Source: Nitrospirota bacterium (GTDB lineage Bacteria; Nitrospirota; UBA9217). From it: a stretch of DNA of 64,000 nt. The notes beneath the pieces are model-generated. The model was not told where the DNA came from, did not search any database, and saw only the letters and a list, made by a program, of their open reading frames with translations. This document shows positions 41,139-51,494 of this stretch, piece by piece. The position numbers and the translations under genes are program-made. Every line of letters starts with the position of its first letter. The stretch's first letter is position 1. Where the stretch lies: the NCBI GenBank assembly GCA_963845065.1, contig CAWJQQ010000005.1:1-64000 (forward strand), given 5' to 3'.

Positions 41139-42200
41139 TTATTCATACCCTGTCAGTTCCGCGTACGCCCGTCCCCGTGCGCTGCCTTCAACCGTGCACG
41201 TTCCTTCCCAGTAAGGATAAGGACTTTCTATTGACCGATCTCCGGTAAACTCCTGGTCCTCCAGCGATGGGGTGACAAGGAGTCTGAGGTTTTCCGAGGG
41301 GACAGTTATTTCCCACTTCGCAGGATAGCGGATACCGGTCTTTTTGGAAGTATAAAAGCTGATAGCCTCAATCCGATAGTCTTCTTTCGCGAGGTGCCTG
41401 AAGTTACCTTCGATACCTACCAGTGTTCCGGAGGAATATCGGTCAATGGACCCATCTTTTTTTCTTAATTCATAAAGCATGATCTCGCGACCGTCATCGA
41501 GCTGGATTGCGAACCAATCCCAGCCTGCTTCGTTTTTTGCCAAACCATGAGATGTAATCTCCCGATCGAACCAACTCTTGCCATGTACCGTAAAAATATT
41601 CGTGCCCAGTTTCACGGTTCCTGTCGTTTCAAGATCAGTGCAGGATAAGTAGAGCGATGCGATACGGGGCGATTCTTCCGATTTCCTTGAGTATCCCTTA
41701 TCGCCGTTCAAAATAATGGGTTTTCTCGGGATGAAAACCAGATTAAGGTCCACATCCTGAGCCCGGGCCTTGATAAGCATCCGCGCCAAGTCCCCTTCCA
41801 GCGTATTCTTGCCCACCCATACGCGTAGCCGTTTATTGTCCGCACCCGCAAACCCGTACGCCCCGGAATCGGCATTGCTGAAATGATAAAATTTAATTCC
41901 TTCGATATCGGAGATTGCGAAGTTGGTGAGGTATATATAGTTTACGCCAAATGCAGACCGGTACGGTCTCTTCTGGACACCTGCGACAAAAAACGTGAGT
42001 TCAAACCCGAATGCTCTCCCCTTCTTGTCGTGCAGATGGCCGGTGAAATACCACCATTGGATGCGGTAATCTCCCTGAAAGTAAAGGTCGCTTGGCAAGG
42101 TTACACTATCACCGGGAGCGATGTCTCGCCACTCATGGGCCTCTGTTGAAAGACACAATAGAAGTATTAAGGTTATGCAAATAAATAGTAATTTCTTCAT
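41139..42200 (-). CDS. secreted AttH/CrtC-like lipocalin-fold protein
   Basis: Signal peptide; QWWYFTGHL; SWFDRE; GWDWFAIQLDDG; YWEG. Confidence 0.88.
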   Translation of the reverse strand: MKKLLFICITLILLLCLSTEAHEWRDIAPGDSVTLPSDLYFQGDYRIQWWYFTGHLHDKKGRAFGFELTFFVAGVQKRPYRSAFGVNYIYLTNFAISDIEGIKFYHFSNADSGAYGFAGADNKRLRVWVGKNTLEGDLARMLIKARAQDVDLNLVFIPRKPIILNGDKGYSRKSEESPRIASLYLSCTDLETTGTVKLGTNIFTVHGKSWFDREITSHGLAKNEAGWDWFAIQLDDGREIMLYELRKKDGSIDRYSSGTLVGIEGNFRHLAKEDYRIEAISFYTSKKTGIRYPAKWEITVPSENLRLLVTPSLEDQEFTGDRSIESPYPYWEGTCTVEGSARGRAYAELTGYE

Positions 42201-42507
42201 AGTATAAATAATGGGAGGGCTCAGATAAATTATAACAGATACTCATGAATCTATCGAGTGCAGCATATTCGTAATTCCGGTAATCACCAGAAACTCTAGG
42301 AGAGCGCCGCAGCATTTCACCGAGCTACAACTAGAGGCATGCTCATCTCATTCTCATTTCTTTCTCTTTATGAAATTATTTTTTTGTGCTATAGTCAACG
42401 CCTGTCGGCTTCCGCACGATAAGTCGCTTGCGCTTCATGCAGATGTCGAACACAAGCTATACAGGTTCCAATCATGAACTTACAATGGTTGCAAAAGGAG
42501 AACTGTT

Positions 42508-43008
42508 ATGAGCGCTGAAACCAAGAATGCTTCCCATGGCCATATCCAGTCCACGATCGGACTTGATATGCTCGTCCGGGACGTGATGTCTAGAAATGTC
42601 CTTGCGATCACTAAATATGAGAGCATCATTCGCGTAGCGGATATTTTAACAGAGCATAATATCAGCGGGCTACCTGTCGTGGACAACAAAAACAAGGTTA
42701 TCGGAATTATCTGTCATGCGGATATTCTTTCCATGGTTGGTGTGAGCAGGGAACATACATTCAAAGATCTGTTAAAGTACATGCTGGGAGAGCGGCTCCC
42801 TGAACGCAGGCTGGGGGACTTAGCCGGGGATATTATGACATCCCCCGCGCTGACCATAAAGCCCGATACAAACATTGCTGAAGCGGTAAAAATGATGGAG
42901 GAGAAAAGGATCAGAAGACTGATCGTTGTTGATGATAAGAATACGCTTATCGGCATTTTAACGCGGGCCGACATTCTTAAGGCAGTGATCAAGAAAATTA
43001 AGGCATAA
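42508..43008 (+). CDS. CBS-pair domain protein
   Basis: VRDVMS...ISGLPVVD...DIMTSP...IRRLIVVD...GILTRAD. Confidence 0.9.
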   Translation: MSAETKNASHGHIQSTIGLDMLVRDVMSRNVLAITKYESIIRVADILTEHNISGLPVVDNKNKVIGIICHADILSMVGVSREHTFKDLLKYMLGERLPERRLGDLAGDIMTSPALTIKPDTNIAEAVKMMEEKRIRRLIVVDDKNTLIGILTRADILKAVIKKIKA

Positions 43009-43078
43009 AGCGGCGCAGTCCGTTGCGTACATCCATTAACCGCTTACGGATTACCGTCAGTCCGTCAGCGTGACTAGA

Positions 43079-43560
43079 TTATGCTTGATTCCGTAATTGA
43101 AAAGTTCGGCATTTGTTTTTATCTTTTCGAAAATGTGTTCCCCGTGGGTTCTCATAGTCTTCACGCTGCTGGACACCGCTCGTAAGCAGACGCCCATCAA
43201 TGCCACTGCCGATATAAAAACCCCTGAAACTATAGATTGGGACATTCGATGCCTCAAAAATGCAATCACGTATCTCTCCAGATGCAATGAAATTGCCATT
43301 TTTTTCCCTGTTCACGACCGATCAAAGAATGATACTGTCGTCAGGCAAGGCGCGGAGTTTCGTCTGCAGTTCCTTGAAATTAAAATCGTCAAGCAAGACA
43401 AAGTTTACGAGTTTTTAAGGAGGGAAGGATTCGAATATTTCCTTTCGGATGGCAATCCCGGTCGTGGTATTCTCGCCCACCGCAACCTGCCTTGCCAGCG
43501 GTGCAGCTTCAAGGCAATCGCCACCATGCTCTCGATATCGATTCTACTGCCTCTGTAAAA
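43079..43560 (-). pseudogene. remnant of a histidine-kinase extracytoplasmic (ABC substrate-binding-like) sensor domain
   Basis: ELQTKLRALPDDSIIL*...NREKNG...ASNVPIYS...YIGSGIDG..LTSG. Confidence 0.45.
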
Positions 43561-43707
43561 CGGTTATATCCAGCAAGCATGAAATCCTTGGTTATTGACC
43601 CCGTAGAGTACTACTGGCACAGCGCTGAAATATTTTTTTGATAATGCGTGAGAACGTAGTTACAACAACTCTTCAACCTGCGGCAAAACCTGTCAATAGG
43701 GTTAGAC

Positions 43708-45264
43708 TCAGCGCGAGACAGTATCAACAGGGTTTTTCTGATCAGCGTCCTGAGATGATTTAAGCGGATGTTCAGGAAGAAAAAGAACGACGGTAAAGGC
43801 CGTTGCTGTAATGAATGACCCTACTAAAAAAGTGGTGCTGATCGCATGCCGATATACGGAAATTACCACCTCTCGCTGGGCAAGCGGTAGTTGCGCGATT
43901 TGCTGGATGCCCTGATCGATCAGGGTACGAATACTCATACCTTTGCCCGCCCCTATTACGTGATTCAGGTCTCGCAGCTGGGCGGTCATGATTGCGCCTG
44001 ACATGGCCACGCCGAACATGCCGCCGAGAGACCGGAAGAACGCCGACGTTGCAGTCGCTACGCCCAGCTCGCGAGGATTGACAGAATTCTGGATGGCGAC
44101 CATGAGATCCGGCATCACTAGGCCGAAACCCATGCCGAGGACGATAAGAGATACTTCGATTACCGCAAAACCCGCCCCTGCATTCGCGGCCCACATGACC
44201 GCGAGAAACGCAAGGGTGGCCGTGGCAAGACCGACCACAGGAAAAATCTTGTACCGCCCGGTCGCTGAAACGAGTCGGCCTCCAAGGAAAGACGATACGA
44301 CGACACCCCCCGTCATTGGTGCCATCATCAGTCCTGCGCGCGCCGGCGCGAGGCCAAGAACAAGCTGAAAAAATAGCGGAAGAAACACGACCGCGCCAAA
44401 AAGTCCCGTGAAAGTAAGCCCCATGGTGCTGGTTGCGATCACGAATACCTTGTTATGAAAGATGTTTGGAGAGAGAATGGGTTCCGATGAACGTCGTTCG
44501 GTGTACATCAGCAACAAGGTCAGTACTACCGCGGCTGCAGCCAGTCCGAGAACGAGCGGCGACGACCATGGGAATTGTACCCCACCCAGTGTTAGCATCA
44601 GGAGCAGGGCCACTGTGCCGAGGGTTAGATAAATAACTCCGGCATAATCGATCGAGTGTGATACTTTGTGGTGCGGCCGGTGCAACCCGAACAGGATGAG
44701 GGCCAGAGCCGGGATGCCAATCGGGACGTTCACGTAGAAGATCCAGCGCCAAGACAAGGCATCGGTGATGAAACCTCCCAGAAGCGGGCCAGCGATGCTC
44801 GATAAGGCGAAAGCAGCACCGAACATCCCCTGATAACGACCACGCTCGCGCGGGGCTACCAGATCGGCTATCGTCGTCATGGCCAGCGTCATTAGTCCGC
44901 CTGCGCCGATACCCTGGATGCCGCGAAAAACTACGAGCTGCGTCATCGAGCTGGACAGCCCGCAGAGACAGGACCCTACGAGAAAAATGAGGATGGCTAC
45001 GATAAAGAGCGGCTTACGGCCATAAATGTCGGATAGCTTACCGTAGAGCGGCGTCGTTGCCGTTGAGGAAAGCAAAAAAGCCGTGACAACCCATGTCAGG
45101 TGTGATAGACCGCCGAGGTCGCTTACGATCCTCGGTAGCGCAACACCTACGATATTCTGGTCCAGTGCCGCAAGTGTGAGCGCCATCATCAGGCCCGCGA
45201 TCACGGTTCGAACCTCGCGAGGAGTTGCAGGCAGGGTTTCGTGCAGTACCGTTGGCGTGCTCAT
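43708..45264 (-). CDS. DHA2 (EmrB/QacA) family MFS drug efflux pump
   Basis: ALDQNIVGVALP; YGKLSDIYGRK; WRWIFYVNVPIG. Confidence 0.92.
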   Translation of the reverse strand: MSTPTVLHETLPATPREVRTVIAGLMMALTLAALDQNIVGVALPRIVSDLGGLSHLTWVVTAFLLSSTATTPLYGKLSDIYGRKPLFIVAILIFLVGSCLCGLSSSMTQLVVFRGIQGIGAGGLMTLAMTTIADLVAPRERGRYQGMFGAAFALSSIAGPLLGGFITDALSWRWIFYVNVPIGIPALALILFGLHRPHHKVSHSIDYAGVIYLTLGTVALLLMLTLGGVQFPWSSPLVLGLAAAAVVLTLLLMYTERRSSEPILSPNIFHNKVFVIATSTMGLTFTGLFGAVVFLPLFFQLVLGLAPARAGLMMAPMTGGVVVSSFLGGRLVSATGRYKIFPVVGLATATLAFLAVMWAANAGAGFAVIEVSLIVLGMGFGLVMPDLMVAIQNSVNPRELGVATATSAFFRSLGGMFGVAMSGAIMTAQLRDLNHVIGAGKGMSIRTLIDQGIQQIAQLPLAQREVVISVYRHAISTTFLVGSFITATAFTVVLFLPEHPLKSSQDADQKNPVDTVSR

Positions 45265-45704
45265 AAGTTTGACTAGGTTTCTCTGGCCTTTCTTTGTAAT
45301 GCAATACTCGGCAGCTAGATTTACCTCCACAAATCAGGGTAGTGAATATCAAAAGTAGATAGTGCCCGTGGTAATTGATATTTCGTCAGAACGTACCTAT
45401 CGGACGGACCGTTACAAGGACAGCTGCCACTATCTTCTTCATCGTGGATAGGTGTAAACGTTCAATTGCGTTGAAAATCGGCCGTTGATAATACCATGCC
45501 GTTAAATTATTGTCAAAACAGACTTCAGCCATTTGTTTTAACCATCTTGGAGATACCGAACTCAGGCGCCTACGAGGAACGCCAAAAAATGGTGCGTGAT
45601 CTGCACGAAGATCTCGCATATATCCGTGATGTTGTAAGTGAATTATTCAAGGCCCTTGGACATTAAGTCTAATTCGTGGTGTATAGTAGGAAGCAATCGA
45701 CAAT

Positions 45705-45961
45705 TACCAAATAGCTCGATATTCTGAGAAGCCATTTGATGTTGTCATGCTGAACTTGACGATCCACAGCGGAATTGGTGGTGCAGGGACGTTTCAAAAA
45801 CTTCGAGAATCTATCCCGATCTTAAAAGCCTTTTTTGCGATAGATACCCCGATGACGCCTTCACCTCAAATCACAAGGAGCATGCATTTATTGGATTTTT
45901 CAAGAAACCCAAAAAGGTAGAAGATCTGGCGGAAGTTTTGAAAAGCATCATCAGAATGTAA
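45705..45961 (+). pseudogene. remnant of a hybrid-kinase receiver domain
   Basis: PFDVVMLNLTIHSGIGG..TFQKL...FKKP..VEDLAEVL, with frameshift/stop and the phospho-acceptor Asp replaced by Asn. Confidence 0.55.
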
Positions 45962-45995
45962 CATTTCTTCTAAATTTCTGTTACGGAATTACTGT

Positions 45996-46925
45996 TCAAT
46001 GTTCCGACTGGACTGTTATCACCGGAATCGAAGCATTTAATATCGTTTCCCGGGCGGTGCTCCCGAAGAAAGCATTAAGCAAGGCATTTCTTCCATGCGT
46101 CCCCATCACGATGATCGAATAGTTATTTTCAGCCTCCTGATAGACTGCGCTCGCTGAAATGACAGCATTGTCTTCAACTTTATACTCACAGGGAATGCCG
46201 TGTTTTTGAAAGAAGCTGGTCTTCTGTTTAAGGGTTGCAGCTGCCTCATCCTTGATCTGAGTAATAATCCAATCGAAATTGACAGGGGCCGTCCCTGCAT
46301 ACGCGCTGGTTTCCATAATAGTCCTCATGCTGTCTGCGAGACAATTATAAAGAACTACTTTCGCACCGATGCGCATTGCAAGGGACAATGCATAGCGCTC
46401 GGCTGCACGGCTGTTTTTACCAAGATCGGTTGAAACCAAAATTTTCAACTGCTTCTGAACCGTTAAAGGATGAGCCTTTTCCTGAACCATGGGTCCGATC
46501 ACCAAGACTGGCCGTTTGGAGTGACGGATCACTTCTTCAGCTACGCTTCCAACAATCAGACGCTTCAGTCCTGTCCTACCTTGCGTCCCAACGATCACGA
46601 GTTCCGGGACTGGCCTGGACCGTAAGGTTTTTAATATCTGCTCTGCCGGAGGACCACTTTTCAGAAAGCAGCTCACCGGGGCCGAAAATTGTTTGCACAC
46701 CTCCTCCAGTCTTTTTTCGTGCCGGTCGTGCCACTCGCGGATACCCGTTGAATCGAGCGTCCCGGGCGGATATACTTTGCTGTCTTCCACAAAGAGAAGT
46801 GCAATGCTCGTCTGCAGCCGCTGCGACATAACCGAAGCAACGTTTACAATAGCACGGGAACGTCTTTTTCCGGAGTCAGTTTGATTTTCGATGTCGTCAG
46901 CAACAAGGATTAATCGTTGCGGCAT
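45996..46925 (-). CDS. tandem universal stress protein
   Basis: VIVGTQGRTGLKRLIVGSVAEEVIR and IVMGTHGR...FFGSTA. Confidence 0.9.
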   Translation of the reverse strand: MPQRLILVADDIENQTDSGKRRSRAIVNVASVMSQRLQTSIALLFVEDSKVYPPGTLDSTGIREWHDRHEKRLEEVCKQFSAPVSCFLKSGPPAEQILKTLRSRPVPELVIVGTQGRTGLKRLIVGSVAEEVIRHSKRPVLVIGPMVQEKAHPLTVQKQLKILVSTDLGKNSRAAERYALSLAMRIGAKVVLYNCLADSMRTIMETSAYAGTAPVNFDWIITQIKDEAAATLKQKTSFFQKHGIPCEYKVEDNAVISASAVYQEAENNYSIIVMGTHGRNALLNAFFGSTARETILNASIPVITVQSEH

Positions 46926-47019
46926 ATCCATTCCTCCCTCGATCGTCCACTTTGTCGTACGACACATAGCAGCTTCGTTTGGTATTAATTCGGAGATTCT
47001 TCATGTATTTCGGATAAAA

Positions 47020-47454
47020 CTACTTTGCAATGGGATAGGCCGCCTCTTTCCATGCCTTAAGACCGCCAATCATGTTTATTGCATTTTTATATCCAAGGTC
47101 ATTCATTGTCTTGGTCGCTAACGGCCCTCTGAGATCAAGCCCGCAATAGACGATTATCTTGGCATTCTTATCAGGGATGATCATTGCCACTTTAAACTCC
47201 AACATCCCGCGCGAGATGTTTATTGCCCCAGGAATGCGTCCCTCTTCAAATTCCTGTTTATCCCTGACATCGAGGATGATGACATTTTCCTTTGCTTCAA
47301 TCATTTTTTTAACGTCAGCGATGGACACTTCCGTTATGTGTGCCTTTGCTTCTTGGACCATTTGTTCCGGAGTTTTATCATTTGCCTCAACATGCCCTCC
47401 TGGCAATATTGTGAAACAAAATGCTGCAAGTGCGATCACCACTCTCTTGTCCAT
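47020..47454 (-). CDS. exported rhodanese-like protein
   Basis: Signal peptide; ILDVRD..EFEEGRIPGA; VYC; GGLKAW. Confidence 0.9.
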   Translation of the reverse strand: MDKRVVIALAAFCFTILPGGHVEANDKTPEQMVQEAKAHITEVSIADVKKMIEAKENVIILDVRDKQEFEEGRIPGAINISRGMLEFKVAMIIPDKNAKIIVYCGLDLRGPLATKTMNDLGYKNAINMIGGLKAWKEAAYPIAK

Positions 47455-47909
47455 AGTAATTCCTCCTATAAAGTCTTCAACTCAATTGTACCAAATCCTA
47501 TCCAATGTGCAACCCTTTGCAGGGACACTTTTTGCAGGGAAGCGAGGATTGTTATGCTATAATGTGTTTACGAATAAATTTTTCATGCTATTTTTTGTAC
47601 TATTGCCGACCCGTGACTGGTCATAGCCCTCTATTGAATTTCAGAACGAGAATCGTGACTTTAGATTTATCCGGTAAGAAGATCAGCACGATTCAATTTT
47701 GAATTCGTGAACGCAGAAATCGGTAGCTTTGATATACAGAGTATTCACACCTCGTAAAGATGTGCGGCAGTAATGGTTAGTTTGAGTCATCTCAAGCATG
47801 GTGAGAAAGGCATGATCCTGGCAAAAATGTCCACTGTGGCGCCGAAAGTTTTCGATGAACGCATATGCGCTGTCAATTTCAATTGCGGCCCGGAGGGGAG
47901 AGAGATCTG

Positions 47910-48575
47910 ATGGATGTTATTGATGCACTGCATTCACGGTATACAGTACGTGCATTTAAAACGGACCCAGTCAGCAGGGAGGTGCTTTGGAAGATTCTGG
48001 AAGCTGCTCTTCATGCTCCTTCCTGGGCCAATACCCAGCCTTGGGAAATATTTGTTGCAGGTGGCGACGTATTAAATAGGCTCCGCAGAGCTTATCTGGA
48101 ATACTTGAAGAATTGTGTGCCGAGAAATCCGGATTTGGTGGCCCCCCGGGAATGGCCGCCTGACCTACAGAAGCGTATGGAAGCGGTGAAGGCCGAGCGC
48201 TTCGCTGCCATGGAAAGAGCGTGCCCGGACACATCAACCCTCGCGGACGTTGCTCAGATCAATTACCGTTTTTTTGATGCGCCGGTCGTAGTATACTTGT
48301 GTATGGACCGCAGGCTCACGCCCTGGTCGATATTTGACATCGGCTTACAAGCCCATAGCATCATGTTAGCAGCACAACAATTCAATGTCGGTTCGGCCCC
48401 AGCGGTTACGTTCGTCGCCCATCCTGACCTTATTCGTGCGGAATTGGAAATCCCTGACGAACTGTTGATTATTATCGGCGTAGCACTGGGCTATGCGGAT
48501 TCGAAACATCAATTAAACACATTCCGAAGTCCCCGTAGGTCTGTAGACGAGGCCATTAGATTTCGTGGGTTTTAA
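47910..48575 (+). CDS. nitroreductase family protein
   Basis: SRYTVRAF; APSWANTQPW; FFDAP. Confidence 0.9.
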   Translation: MDVIDALHSRYTVRAFKTDPVSREVLWKILEAALHAPSWANTQPWEIFVAGGDVLNRLRRAYLEYLKNCVPRNPDLVAPREWPPDLQKRMEAVKAERFAAMERACPDTSTLADVAQINYRFFDAPVVVYLCMDRRLTPWSIFDIGLQAHSIMLAAQQFNVGSAPAVTFVAHPDLIRAELEIPDELLIIIGVALGYADSKHQLNTFRSPRRSVDEAIRFRGF

Positions 48576-48662
48576 TTGCGCTACTTCGGCTGTGTAGTGC
48601 TTTTTTTCTGTATTCGTATTTATAAGGGTTTCATAATTACGTCAAGGAATTTTTGCTTTGTA

Positions 48663-49034
48663 CTACTTAAGGGCAGTTTTTACGATACGCCGCAACTCTC
48701 TCGCTTGGATCGGCTTAGTGACGTACTCAAACACTCCGCTGTTCATCGACTTCAGGTAGGTCTCGACATTGCCATAGCCGGTAAGCATAATTATCGGCAC
48801 CGATGGTAGGATTTGCCTGAGTATCGTTGTCAATTCCAACCCGCTCATCCCCGGCATCCGTATATCGGTGATTACGAGATCGATTTGCATGCCTTTCCGT
48901 ATAATGGACAGGGCGGACTCAGCATCGGGTTTGGGAATGGTCGCGTACCCTGACTTCCCAAGCATTTCCACCAAGAATTTCAAGATGTCAGGTTCATCAT
49001 CTACTAATAGAATTGTCTTCATCGCTCTCATCAT
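48663..49034 (-). CDS. single-domain response regulator
   Basis: LLVDDE; ITDIRMPGMSG; MLTGYG; TKP. Confidence 0.9.
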   Translation of the reverse strand: MMRAMKTILLVDDEPDILKFLVEMLGKSGYATIPKPDAESALSIIRKGMQIDLVITDIRMPGMSGLELTTILRQILPSVPIIMLTGYGNVETYLKSMNSGVFEYVTKPIQARELRRIVKTALK

Positions 49035-49147
49035 TCTTCATCGTGTACGCCGCTATTGCAAGAACCATTTTGTCAGTTAATGCCTTCAGTTATTTATTGT
49101 AAACATCTCGGCTGTTCAGCATTTCATTTGCGAATTCTCTGCAGGAG

Positions 49148-50656
49148 TTATTCCTTGTTTCGCATTGTGGCGATATCGGCTTGTGGGTCTCGGTTCCACC
49201 AACCTCCGCCGAGCGCCTGGAACAGCGCTGCCGTATCGGCGTATCGCGCTGCCTGCGCCTGGATCAGGTCGATCCTTGTCTGCTGGTACTGGCGTTCTGC
49301 GTTCAAAAGCGACAAATAGCTCACCCCGCCCAGCTGGAACTGCTTTTGGGTAAGGTCCAGCGTGTCGCTTGCGGCCGCAGCAGCGGTTGCTTGCGCCTTA
49401 AGTGTACGTGCGTCAGCATTGAGCGCGCGCAACACGTCAGCTACGTTCTGGAACGCTTGGAGGACAACGGCCTGATACTGAGCCAATGCCTGATCGTAGG
49501 CTGCAACGGCAGCGCGTCGCTCGGCGGAGAGTTGGCCGCCGTGAAAAACAGGCTGCAGCAATCCTGCGCCTAGACTATACACGCCACTACCTGGCTGGAA
49601 AAGCGTCCTGCTTGAAGTTGACAAATATCCTATACTGCCAGTCAGGTTGATTTGTGGATATTGATTCGCGGTGGCCACACCTACTTGCGCGCTTGCCGCG
49701 TGAAGCAATGCTTCCGATGCGCGGATGTCGGGACGCTGGCGCACCAGCGATGACGGCAGGCTCACTGGCAATTCCGCTGGTAGCTGCAATTGGTCGAGTG
49801 TGAATTCGGGGAGCACTACTGATTCGCTCGGCAGCCTTCCGGTGAACACCGCCAGAAGATTGCGAGTCTGCTCGAGCTCTTTCTCGAGAGGCGGTAGGGT
49901 TGCCCTTGTCTGCTCGAGCTGCGTCCGCTGGGCGAGCACATCGGTACGCGCGGCTCCGCCAAGCTTGAACTGGATCTCTACCAGATCGAACTGCGTCTGC
50001 AGAGCGGCCATGATCTCGTTCAATGCTTCAATCTGAGCGCGTAAGGAAGCTTCTTTCACCGCCGTCGTAACGACGTTCGCCGTAATCGCGAGATAAGCCC
50101 CTTCAAGCTGAAATCGTTGAAAATCAACTTGGGACTCCGAAGCCTCTAGCTCACGACGCGCGCCGCCGAAAAGATCGAGGGCATAGGAGACATTCACCGA
50201 GGCATTGTAGAGCGTGAATGGGGGGAACTTCTCATTTGGCAGGCCGAATTCTGCGCCTGAGATCTTCTCTTGCATAATCGATGCGCTCGCGTCGACCTTA
50301 GGATAGAGTACCGATCCAACGATGGCATTTAAAGTCTCTTGCGACTCCCGGAGCGTTGCCTTCGCCGCGGTAAGCGTCGGGTTGCCAGAGAGTGCCTGCC
50401 TGACCAGCTGATCCAACGAAGCGGAATGGAACAGCGTCCACCACTGTGCGGGGATCTGCTGACCTAATGCCAAGTGCTGTTCCGCGCCGCCGGGTCCCGG
50501 TACTGATGCTGTCTTGTCCGGGAATTGGGTTGACGTGTATGTAGTCGTACGGAGGGCTTCAGGGGTATGATAAGTGGGGCCTACAAGGCATCCGTAACAT
50601 ATGAGACTAACGCTCAGGGCTGTAGTTAATTTTATGGAAGGCAAGATTTTTTTCAT
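49148..50656 (-). CDS. NodT/OprM-family outer membrane efflux lipoprotein
   Basis: Lipobox-like GC then VGP; QWWTLF; RPDIRASE; LFQALGGGW. Confidence 0.92.
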   Translation of the reverse strand: MKKILPSIKLTTALSVSLICYGCLVGPTYHTPEALRTTTYTSTQFPDKTASVPGPGGAEQHLALGQQIPAQWWTLFHSASLDQLVRQALSGNPTLTAAKATLRESQETLNAIVGSVLYPKVDASASIMQEKISGAEFGLPNEKFPPFTLYNASVNVSYALDLFGGARRELEASESQVDFQRFQLEGAYLAITANVVTTAVKEASLRAQIEALNEIMAALQTQFDLVEIQFKLGGAARTDVLAQRTQLEQTRATLPPLEKELEQTRNLLAVFTGRLPSESVVLPEFTLDQLQLPAELPVSLPSSLVRQRPDIRASEALLHAASAQVGVATANQYPQINLTGSIGYLSTSSRTLFQPGSGVYSLGAGLLQPVFHGGQLSAERRAAVAAYDQALAQYQAVVLQAFQNVADVLRALNADARTLKAQATAAAAASDTLDLTQKQFQLGGVSYLSLLNAERQYQQTRIDLIQAQAARYADTAALFQALGGGWWNRDPQADIATMRNKE

Positions 50657-50740
50657 GTTAGTACCCAGATTCGGACAAGTGGTGAAATTTATACTCATGA
50701 CCAAGTATAAAGTGAATAATTGAAAAAGTCAATCAAAGAC

Positions 50741-50769
50741 TTGCACAAATTAAGTACATATGTTATGCT
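50741..50769 (+). promoter_or_regulatory. sigma70 promoter of the tetR-ABC operon
   Basis: TTGCAC-17 bp-TATGCT with an extended -10 TG. Confidence 0.55.
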
Positions 50770-50775
50770 GGGAAC

Positions 50776-51462
50776 ATGAAAACCGGTAAAGATCGAACGA
50801 CAGCCGAACAAGACAGGAAAATGAAGACAGGTGTCGTGAGGGAAAAGCCTTCCCGCGAGGACACTACAAGCCGAATCCTTTCCACTGCCACCCGCCTTTT
50901 TGCCGCTCAAGGGTATGACGGCACGTCCACCAAGGATATTTGCGAACGAGCCGGCGTAAACATCGCTGCCATTCATTATCATTTTGGCTCGAAAGAGAAC
51001 CTTTATCACAGTATCATTGAACAGTTTGCTACGGAACGACTGGACTTCGCAAGGAAAACGCTCCAGCCCCCGCAGAATATCGACGACTTTAAGGTGCGCC
51101 TTGAGATATTCCTAAGGCAGACGCTCGAAACGATGATCAGACAGAAGGATATTATCCGCCTAATCCAACGGGATGTTGAAATGTCGGATTCAAAAAGTAG
51201 AAAAATGTATCTTAATACTCTTTTAAAGCATGCGGAAAAGTTAAAAGAGTTTTTTGATCAGGCTACGAAAAGGGGGATTGTTGCCGCCGACGTGAAACCC
51301 TTTTCCGCAGCGGGATTCCTTATGAGCAATATTATCCACCAGACAAGAAACGACAAGTTGGTTATGGAGTTTTCCGGTCATTCGCTTTCGGACGAAAAGT
51401 ATCGCAATGATTGGATTCAACAAACACTTCGCATCTTCATAGACGGAATTATTGCGAAGTAG
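50776..51462 (+). CDS. TetR family regulator (CecR-like)
   Basis: RILSTATRLFAAQGYDGTSTKDICERAGVNIAAIHYHFGSKENLY HTH. Confidence 0.92.
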   Translation: MKTGKDRTTAEQDRKMKTGVVREKPSREDTTSRILSTATRLFAAQGYDGTSTKDICERAGVNIAAIHYHFGSKENLYHSIIEQFATERLDFARKTLQPPQNIDDFKVRLEIFLRQTLETMIRQKDIIRLIQRDVEMSDSKSRKMYLNTLLKHAEKLKEFFDQATKRGIVAADVKPFSAAGFLMSNIIHQTRNDKLVMEFSGHSLSDEKYRNDWIQQTLRIFIDGIIAK

Positions 51463-51494
51463 CGAGCGAAATAATAAAACAAGAAGGGAAACCT

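Noticed and set aside
47773..47910. 45-aa ORF with FeoA-like start, TGATG-coupled to the nitroreductase
   Set aside because: Similarity is limited to a few residues, and the nitroreductase has its own RBS.
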